Positions 25,388 to 32,000 of a stretch of DNA of 32,000 nt are shown here, in pieces (position 1 is the first letter of the stretch; each line of letters begins with the position of its first letter). Under the pieces are notes generated by a model, which saw nothing but the letters and a program-made list of their open reading frames with translations, was not told the origin of the DNA and did not search any database. The DNA comes from Ferroglobus placidus DSM 10642. Lineage in GTDB: Archaea; Halobacteriota; Archaeoglobi; Archaeoglobales; Archaeoglobaceae. The position numbers and the translations under genes are program-made. The DNA lies in assembly GCF_000025505.1 (NCBI RefSeq), contig NC_013849.1:2040001-2072000 (forward strand), read 5' to 3'.

Positions 25388-26827
25388 CTATATTTTTTTC
25401 ATCATCTTTAATTCACTTATTTTTTGGCTGATTAATATTTTCTCTTCTTTGCTCCTTAGGTCGCTTAGCCAAGCAAATAATCTTTCTTTGAGATCTTTAA
25501 CAATTTCGGGTCTATCTTCAACAATATTCTGAACTTCCTTTGGATCACTCTTTAGGTGATAAAGTTCTTCAATCCCTCCGTGAATTACACCACAATATCT
25601 ACATGTCGCAGCTTCTTTTGAGGGAGAATATATATACTTCCATTTTTTAGTTCTGATAGCCATTTTCCTTTCAGTATAAGACTCTTCAGCAACTATGAAA
25701 GAGCGAGGAGAGTTTGTTTCTCCACTCATTACTGGAACTAAAGATTCACCGTCAAATTCAGATCTATTAAACGGGATATTTAAAACATCTAAGATAGTAG
25801 GTACAACATCAACATGTTGAACAAAATCTTTAATCCTCTTTCGCTCAAAATCGAGTGGTATATTACTGAAAATTAAAGGAACATGTATGGACACATCATA
25901 CAAACCATGGTGATCAAAAAAATCCCATGTTCTGTTAAACTTTCTCCATGATCAGAGGTTATTACAAAAATTGTATTATCATAAATCCTCTTATCTTTGA
26001 GAAAATCTATTAATCTTCCAATCTCTTGATCAACATATCTTATTGCTGAATCGTACATTGCAATCACTTCTTCAGCAGTTGTTTGCTCCCCAAAAGCCTT
26101 CAGTAAATAGTCTTTCCACTCTTTATTGTTTATATTTGTGAGCAATTCTTTTAATTCTTTACTCTTCCCTTTTCTCTTGGGTTTAAATTCAGTATAAATA
26201 TCTTCTGGAGCACTATAAGGTGTGTGTATCCCAATAATGTATGAAAAGAAAGAAAGGTTTATCACAGTTACTAATGAGTTTTAATGCTGTATCAGTTAAT
26301 TCAGTTGCAGCATAAGTAGATGGCAAAATATTCTTATTTCTAATCTTTTTAATGAGTTCCGTAACTTTACCTGAAAAAGTTTTAGGAAATCGGCTTATAA
26401 TTTTTGAAAATACTACAGATAATGTTGAATGCTTTTTCTGTATAGTATCTCCAAAATAATATTCAAACCCTTTTTTGTGCCATCTGCCAAGCCAGTCTAT
26501 TCCAAAGGTGATATAACCGTTGTCTCTTAATATTTCTGACAAAAACCTAATTTTTCGTTTATAGAACTCCTGAATCATAGAATTTGTAACTTTTGAGCCA
26601 TGATTTCTTATACCGTGAGATATTGGATATTTACCCGAAAGTATTGTGGTAACTGAAGGATCTGTAGCATTAGCACAACTAAAAGCATTTTCGAATAAAA
26701 CACCTTCATTGACCAACTTATCTATGTTGGGGCTGGTCTTTTTTGTGTAACCATAACAGCCTAAATGGTCTGCTCTAAGAGCATCTATTATTATCATGAC
26801 AACATTACTTTTTATCATTAACATCAC
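25388..26827 (-). pseudogene. Sulfatase-like alkaline-phosphatase-superfamily enzyme, broken by two frameshifts
   Basis: Three consecutive ORFs (26213..26827, 25873..26265, 25388..25903) join to form one sulfatase-fold protein: IIIDALRADHLGCYG..., HYWDTHT|PYSAPE, SDHGESLTEHGIF|(F)DHHGLYDVSIHVPLIF, ELYHLKSDPKEVQN. Confidence 0.8.
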
Positions 26828-26852
26828 CTATTGTTTTATAGCCTCAGTATTT

Positions 26853-27620
26853 TTAAACAAATAAAATTCCAATTCCATATCCCCCGTGATTCCAATCTTT
26901 GACGATCTCTTGGTATTTGTATCTTTCTCTTATTTCTTGCCAGAATTTTGGAACTCCTCCGACATTATCTTCTGGGCCAGGAACTATATCATGAAAAGCA
27001 ACTATGCCACCTTTTCTAACAATGGGCGAATACATTTCAAAATCTTTTTTAACACCTTCATAAGTGTGATCTCCATCGATAAATAGAAATTCTATCTTTC
27101 GTCCATTAAGAATTCTACTAACAGTATCTAAAGTTTTTGGATCGTGAGAATCAGCTCTTATCAAGTGGATTTTTTGGTCTGGCAAAGCAAACGCTTTATA
27201 GAGTGGGACTTTCCAGTCAGGATAACCACCCCCGAATTTTCCGCCTGGTAAGTCTATACTTATGATCGTTGCATCTCTTGCAACTACTCGCGTGAACAAG
27301 AATAACGTTCCACCGTTTGCTGTTCCTATTTCTAGGATAACCTTGGGTTTTCTATCTGATAACAGTTTCAGAAGTTCTGTTATCTCCTCTTTAACCTGCA
27401 TAGGTCTGATTAAACCGGATAACCAGCTAAACGAAAAATCTACAAGTTCTTCAATCGAATTAAATTTGATTCCTTTAATTTTTCGTATAGCATAAGGTAT
27501 GATAAGTCTATGATACTTCTCTCTGAGATTCAACTTGAATTTTACGAAATCCCAGCTTTTCCTTGCGAGTGCTGAAAGTCCTTCATTTTTTGCTATTTCT
27601 ACTGCTCTATCGATCGACAT
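26853..27620 (-). CDS. Class I SAM-dependent methyltransferase (Methyltransf_24 / CmcI-like)
   Basis: 255 aa. VILEIGTANGGT motif I and FLFIDGDHTYEGVKKDFE, typical of this O-methyltransferase group. Confidence 0.8.
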   Translation of the reverse strand: MSIDRAVEIAKNEGLSALARKSWDFVKFKLNLREKYHRLIIPYAIRKIKGIKFNSIEELVDFSFSWLSGLIRPMQVKEEITELLKLLSDRKPKVILEIGTANGGTLFLFTRVVARDATIISIDLPGGKFGGGYPDWKVPLYKAFALPDQKIHLIRADSHDPKTLDTVSRILNGRKIEFLFIDGDHTYEGVKKDFEMYSPIVRKGGIVAFHDIVPGPEDNVGGVPKFWQEIRERYKYQEIVKDWNHGGYGIGILFV

Positions 27621-28615
27621 CTATCATCAACCTCGATATTGCATTCTTTAAACAATTGGCAATATGCCTCTTCCATTTTAAGTTGATATTTTTCACTTAC
27701 TAATGCCAAACTGCACAACCATATATAGTATCCTCCAACATTGTTTCTTCCCAATCTTTTACCGACCCATGATTTACATCCATAATACGACCACATAGCA
27801 CTCGTAAACAGTTTTTGTCTTTGATTTCCATGTCTTGCTAGAGTTAACGTCCAATTTCTATATCCCAATACATCCCACAATTTTTTTAATGGCGTGTTTT
27901 CGCTCCTATTGTTATGTTTACTTAAACTGTAACCTCTCCAATGATACGCTATCGCTGATGGAACAAATTTAGCTTTCCAGCCATGCTTGTAAGCTCTCCA
28001 AGAAAGTTCAACATCTTCACCCATAGACCATAGTTTTTCCCAAAATAAACCAACTCTCTTAAGCATATGAACTCTATATAGGACAGCACATGCACAACAA
28101 CCAATTACGTCAGATAGTTCATCATATTGCCCTTCATCACACTCATTTTGACCTCTGTCGATTACGTACCCTAACCCGTATGTCCAAGAATACTTATCTC
28201 CATATCGGAAGATTAAACCTGTTGTATCAAGGATTTTATCATTCCAAGCTTTGTAAACTTTTGGTTGTACCATTCCTAATTTATCGTACCTTTCCATTTC
28301 TTTAACAAGTTCATATATGCAATCTTCTTCAACCCAAGCGTCGTTGTTAAGTAGAAAAACGTAATCATAACGCTTATTTATTGCCAATTTCATCGCTTGG
28401 TTATTACCTCTACAAAAACCGATGTTTGAATTATTTAAAAATTTGAAATCTATATGACTTTCATTTTTGCTAATCCAGGAAGAATAATTCTCACTCCATC
28501 CATTAAAGACAAGAGAGACATCAACATCGGCATTAACTAAACTTCGTATTGCTTTTTCAGCCATTTTTGTCTCTTTATACGTTATAACTATTCCCAAGAT
28601 CTTTCGATTTTGCAT
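27599..28615 (-). CDS. Glycosyltransferase family 2 (rhamnosyltransferase-like)
   Basis: GIVITYKE..., NIGFCRGNNQA, FLLNNDAWVEED (DxD-type) and GEDVELSWR. The ATG at 28615 is preferred over the GTG at 28627 because gaggtg lies upstream. Confidence 0.85.
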   Translation of the reverse strand: MQNRKILGIVITYKETKMAEKAIRSLVNADVDVSLVFNGWSENYSSWISKNESHIDFKFLNNSNIGFCRGNNQAMKLAINKRYDYVFLLNNDAWVEEDCIYELVKEMERYDKLGMVQPKVYKAWNDKILDTTGLIFRYGDKYSWTYGLGYVIDRGQNECDEGQYDELSDVIGCCACAVLYRVHMLKRVGLFWEKLWSMGEDVELSWRAYKHGWKAKFVPSAIAYHWRGYSLSKHNNRSENTPLKKLWDVLGYRNWTLTLARHGNQRQKLFTSAMWSYYGCKSWVGKRLGRNNVGGYYIWLCSLALVSEKYQLKMEEAYCQLFKECNIEVDDRCRSIEQ

Positions 28616-28628
28616 GGAAAATAACACC

Positions 28629-29648
28629 TCAGATTTTAACTAATTCTTCAAACTTCTCCTTAAACTCCCTACCCCTCTTCCCCGGCTCGAACTCCTCAGA
28701 CTCTTTTTTGTATAGCTCCGACATTATTCTTCTTACCTCGCTGTCAAGTTTGAAGTATTCGACTATACCTTCAAAAATTCTGTTGAGCGGTTGTATGAAT
28801 TTGTTACCGTCGTAATTCAAGCCGAACTCTCTTTTAACTTGCTCTTCTACTCTCTCGACTATCTCCTTAGTTCCTGTCATGGTTGAAACAACAACAGGCA
28901 AACCAGCTCTCATCGCCTCGAGCGTTGCTACCGGATAGGCTGAGCATCTTCCGGCGTGAACGAAAAGGCTTGCCTCTTCGAAAACCTCGGAAAGATCTTC
29001 TACGTAGCCCAAAACCTTGACGCCCTCGACCCTTTCATACTCTTTTGGATGCCCTTTTCCGACGATCCAAAGCTCAAGCTCTGGGATTTGCTTTTTCGCT
29101 ATTCTAAATTGTTCTACCAAAACGTCCATGCCTATGCTGAACCTCGGCTGTCCTACAGACACGATTACGTTCGATTCAAGATTTGGCTTGACTTTACCGA
29201 GTTTTTCATAACTGTCTTTTGGAATTGCTGGCCTTACAACTTCGATCGGAACGTCGATTATCTTCTCTGCGTATTCTTTCACAAAGGGAGACACAGCAAT
29301 GGCGGCATCCAAAACCTTAGCGGAAATTCTGTGAATTAGAGTTTCGGCAGTGGAGTAGTGAGGTTGTCTTTCAACGAGATTTATGAAAGTTTCATCCGCC
29401 AAAAGACCTACAACAAATCCATTTTTTCTGAACAACTTCTTCCGCAAATACATCGGAAACATTGGCATTCCGCCCTCAAGTATGTAAACGTCATAATCTG
29501 GATATTCCCTTGCCATTTTTAAACCTTCAACGAACTTCACAAATCCATTAACATCTTTATGATAAGCTGGATAGACATCAGCCTTCACAGCTTCAACGAA
29601 CGGTTCGTGAGCTGGATGCATTCCTGCATAGACGAACAGCACCTTCAT
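28629..29648 (-). CDS. Glycosyltransferase, GT-B fold (group 1-like)
   Basis: 339 aa. C-terminal ...LFVHAGRCSAYPVATLEAMRAGLPVVVS, an EX7E-like motif. First gene of a four-gene - strand operon. Confidence 0.8.
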   Translation of the reverse strand: MKVLFVYAGMHPAHEPFVEAVKADVYPAYHKDVNGFVKFVEGLKMAREYPDYDVYILEGGMPMFPMYLRKKLFRKNGFVVGLLADETFINLVERQPHYSTAETLIHRISAKVLDAAIAVSPFVKEYAEKIIDVPIEVVRPAIPKDSYEKLGKVKPNLESNVIVSVGQPRFSIGMDVLVEQFRIAKKQIPELELWIVGKGHPKEYERVEGVKVLGYVEDLSEVFEEASLFVHAGRCSAYPVATLEAMRAGLPVVVSTMTGTKEIVERVEEQVKREFGLNYDGNKFIQPLNRIFEGIVEYFKLDSEVRRIMSELYKKESEEFEPGKRGREFKEKFEELVKI

Positions 29649-29848
29649 TTTAAGATTTGCTAACTCAGGTTGTTTAAAAACGTTTCTTACTTCTCAACAT
29701 AAGCTAAAAATTCGGTGGTGAATGAATTTCGGGCATGTTTTGAAAACAATATTTGATCTAAACGAGCCTTAATTGGCTTAAAATCTTATGCAGATAAATT
29801 AAAGCTCGAACAAAACCTTTATCAACTTTTTTGACCAATTTATCGACT

Positions 29849-30064
29849 ATGCAAGAAACTACCACTCTCGTTGACCTTCTCAAGGAACTCAGAGAAATCA
29901 GGAAAAAACTCGACCGTATTGAGGAGGCAATCGAAGACCTCATCGATTCCACGTTAACTCTGGAAGAGGATGAACTGCTCGAAGAAGTCAAAGAAAAAAT
30001 AGAGAAGGGCGATTTTTCCGAGTTTATTCCGCTCGAAAAACTCGATGAGGCTTTGGAAGAATGA
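29849..30064 (+). CDS. Small acidic coiled-coil antitoxin (RelB-like partner of relE)
   Basis: 71 aa from the ATG at 29849. Its stop overlaps the relE ATG (ATGA at 30061..30064). Confidence 0.55.
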   Translation: MQETTTLVDLLKELREIRKKLDRIEEAIEDLIDSTLTLEEDELLEEVKEKIEKGDFSEFIPLEKLDEALEE

Positions 30065-30315
30065 GCTACAGCGTTTTTCTTCATCCGCAGGTCGTTAAAT
30101 TTCTCAAGAAGATTCCTAAAACGGATGTCGAAAGGATCAAAACTAAACTCGCCGAACTTTCCGATCCTACTCCGTAAAAGCCGTCAAGCTGAAAGGTAAA
30201 GATGCATTCAGAGTTAGGATCGGAGACTACAGAAATTCTCTATACCGTTGATGATTCCAAGAAAGTCGTTGTGGTCTTCAAAATCGATAAGAGAAGCAGA
30301 GTTTATGATCGATAG
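30061..30315 (+). pseudogene. relE: RelE/ParE-family mRNA interferase toxin with two frameshifts
   Basis: MSYSVFLHPQVVKFLKKIPKTDVERIKTKLAELSDPTP* is in frame 0, VKAVKLKGKDAFRVRIGDYR is in frame +1, and ILYTVDDSKKVVVVFKIDKRSRVYDR* is back in frame 0. The RVRIGDYRILY motif is typical of archaeal RelE. Confidence 0.75.
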
Positions 30316-30395
30316 TTCTCATCAACTGGCTCGGATGCAAATTTGCACCTGATTAAATTAAAGCTTGGACAATAGAACATTTCAGCGAAAGATAG

Positions 30396-30896
30396 CTATA
30401 CGCCTAAGCGTTCTCTTAACCACCGATTGTACTCCTCGAAGATTTTTTCTGGAATGGGGTTCATGACTGGAACATCCCTTACTTTCCGCATTAGCTTTAA
30501 ATCGACAGTGTAAATTGTGGCTTTGAACATTTTGGCTAATGCTACAATGTATCCATCCCAAGACTCAACGCTGTAACCTAAGGCATTCGTTAGCGAATCC
30601 AATGCAGTATCAACGCTGATATCTTCGTAAAAAGCTGGGGATCGAGTTTTCAGCGTTCTCGTAAGGGCTTCGTATGCGGATACCTTTTCTACTTTCAGAT
30701 ATCTTGTCAAAATGTGGTAAGCATCTAAGATTGCTGACATTGGGATTACACACTTCTTCTTCCACTTTAGAACATCCGATAAAAATTCAAGTGCAACATC
30801 TTTGGCCGGATTCTCAAAGTGAGATATCACTATTAGCCCAACATCTATTACTCCTTCAATCCGATCTTTTCCAAACCGTATTTTCTCGTCATCCAT
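30396..30896 (-). CDS. PIN-like toxin (VapC-like)
   Basis: 166 aa immediately downstream of, and overlapping, an AbrB-type antitoxin. Acidic positions (VIDVG..., SWDGYIVALA, IYTVDLKL) are compatible with a PIN fold. Assigned mainly from context. Confidence 0.6.
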   Translation of the reverse strand: MDDEKIRFGKDRIEGVIDVGLIVISHFENPAKDVALEFLSDVLKWKKKCVIPMSAILDAYHILTRYLKVEKVSAYEALTRTLKTRSPAFYEDISVDTALDSLTNALGYSVESWDGYIVALAKMFKATIYTVDLKLMRKVRDVPVMNPIPEKIFEEYNRWLRERLGV

Positions 30897-31120
30897 TTTT
30901 CTTCCTCCTCAACTTCAGAAACAAAAGCTTTCGGTGCGTTATTCTTCAAAAATTCAATCAAATCGTCCACCTTTTTCTCAAGATCCTCTCTTTGAACTCT
31001 AATTACTATTTCGTCTTCTCTTACACTCAGCGTAAGCTCGGAGTTCTCGTGAATGCCAAGCCTCTCCCTAATCTCCTTCGGCAGAACTATTCTCCCATAC
31101 CTGTCAACCCTCACTTTCAC
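30848..31120 (-). CDS. vapB: AbrB/SpoVT-type antitoxin (VapB)
   Basis: (M)KVRVDRYGRIVLPKEIRERLGI...IVIRV is the swapped-hairpin motif. GTG start. Confidence 0.8.
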   Translation of the reverse strand: MKVRVDRYGRIVLPKEIRERLGIHENSELTLSVREDEIVIRVQREDLEKKVDDLIEFLKNNAPKAFVSEVEEEEKWMTRKYGLEKIGLKE

Positions 31121-31227
31121 GTTAAACCATTGGATTGGAAATTTATAAAATTTTTGGCGAATGGCAAGTTGAATGGCAAAAAACTGCTTTTGGTCATTCT
31201 CTGGAACGAATTTACTTCAAAACTTCA

Positions 31228-31508
31228 TTATTTCTTCGCCTGAGCCAAATACAGCGCGTCGTAAATCGGAACGCTTTTCTCGACTGCGGTCTCTAGGGTA
31301 TTATTTTTGCTTTTTCGTCCGAAATACTTCTGTACAGAACGTGGTGCTTCCAGATAGCGTTTAAAACTTCAGCCAGCGCCAGTGTTATAGAACGTAAATC
31401 GCTCTCCTGCAAATATCGCTCAATAGCCGCTCAGTTTTCCTCTCTCAAGACGTATTTGGCGAGAGAAGAGGAGTCAATTACTATCGCGATTCCCCTCTCA
31501 CGTACTTT
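31228..31508 (-). pseudogene. Decayed PIN-domain gene
   Basis: The frame reads KVRERGIAIVIDSSSLAKYVLREEN*AAIERYLQESDLRSITLALAEVLNAIWKH... There is no start codon and an in-frame TGA at 31431..31433. A frameshift then precedes ...LETAVEKSVPIYDALYLAQAKK*. Confidence 0.5.
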
Positions 31509-31640
31509 TCAGCGGTTCCCTTTTCAGCTCCCGGTAAGTTTGCCAATTAGATGTTGCATTTTGAGTTTACGTGTGTCAGCACAGAAGTTGCTTAAATGCA
31601 ATTGATGAGTTTAAGTGAGAGAGGTAAGAAATAAACAGGC

Positions 31641-32000
31641 TCAGATCTGCCCTAGATACCTTTTCTTCAAATCTTCCAAGACTTCTTCAAGCTTTTTACC
31701 TTTAGCAAGCTTTTCAACTGCTTCTGTGTCCAAAACTAAATACTTGCCACTCTTCAAGCCGTATTTGATCATCTCCTTGTCTCCTGTCCAGATAGGGGCG
31801 TTTAGCTTTAAAGACAGAGCAATAAAAGGAGTGTCACTTTCATCAAATTGCCTTGCTATTTCATAAGCTTCTGGGATTTTGTCAAAATAAACATACTCTC
31901 CGCATATACGAATTCTCTTGGGCAAAACTTGTGTGATTGCAAACCACAAATCCCTCTCGCTAAAATCCGTATATTTGGAGATCTTGTCGTAATGTCTGAG
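31641..32000 (-). CDS. PIN-like nucleic-acid-binding protein, 5' end beyond the window
   Basis: The frame is open to the window edge (...LRHYDKISKYTDFSERDLWFAITQ...). ESDTPFIALSLKLNAPIWTGDKE is typical of a PIN C-terminal region. Confidence 0.55.
   Translation of the reverse strand, partial: LRHYDKISKYTDFSERDLWFAITQVLPKRIRICGEYVYFDKIPEAYEIARQFDESDTPFIALSLKLNAPIWTGDKEMIKYGLKSGKYLVLDTEAVEKLAKGKKLEEVLEDLKKRYLGQI

Noticed and set aside
31509-31640. Candidate small RNA in the intergenic region: an 8-bp inverted repeat (ttgcattt / aaatgcaa) and a TGATGA C-box-like motif
   Set aside because: There is no properly placed D box (CTGA) and no convincing stem or guide architecture. A similar look at 30316..30395 found the motifs in the wrong order.
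1-32000. Scan for CRISPR arrays, tRNA and rRNA genes, and long tandem repeats
   Set aside because: No regularly spaced direct repeats, no cloverleaf-like or rRNA-like segments and no long tandem arrays were seen by eye. A tRNAscan, Infernal or CRISPR-finder run would be needed to be certain.

Overview
The window looks archaeal, probably Archaeoglobus-like. Support: hyperthermophile-style charged proteins, TATA boxes about 25-30 nt upstream of start codons, GGTGA/GGAGG ribosome-binding sites, DUF104/PIN pairs and a 1213-1214 bp ISA1214-type insertion sequence. All family calls come from reading motifs in the ORF translations; no database search was possible.

Layout:
- Left edge: Ni-CO dehydrogenase catalytic subunit cooS.
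- About 3.0-29.6 kb: a mosaic nucleotide-sugar / surface-glycan island. It holds glmS plus two GlmU-like enzymes, a WbpE/WbpB/WbpD/WbpA-type set (the UDP-2,3-diacetamido-2,3-dideoxy-glucuronate route), ugd plus galU, and rmlA/B/D/C (dTDP-L-rhamnose). It also holds three glycosyltransferases, three SAM methyltransferases and a sulfatase-like enzyme.

The island is heavily scarred:
- rmlB is cleanly split by the ISA1214-like IS.
- An IS1-family element with an 8-bp target duplication lies after rmlC.
- An IS6-like remnant truncates a toxin gene.
- The sulfatase-like gene has two frameshifts.
- Several gene 3' ends survive as short remnants.

About ten toxin-antitoxin loci are present (PIN/VapBC, DUF104-PIN, UPF0175-DUF3368, RelE, and a DUF6516/TumE-like pair). 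Three of them sit in-line inside the sugar operons with coupled junctions. One of these arrived together with a duplication of the rmlD-rmlC junction.

No rRNA, tRNA or CRISPR array was recognised.
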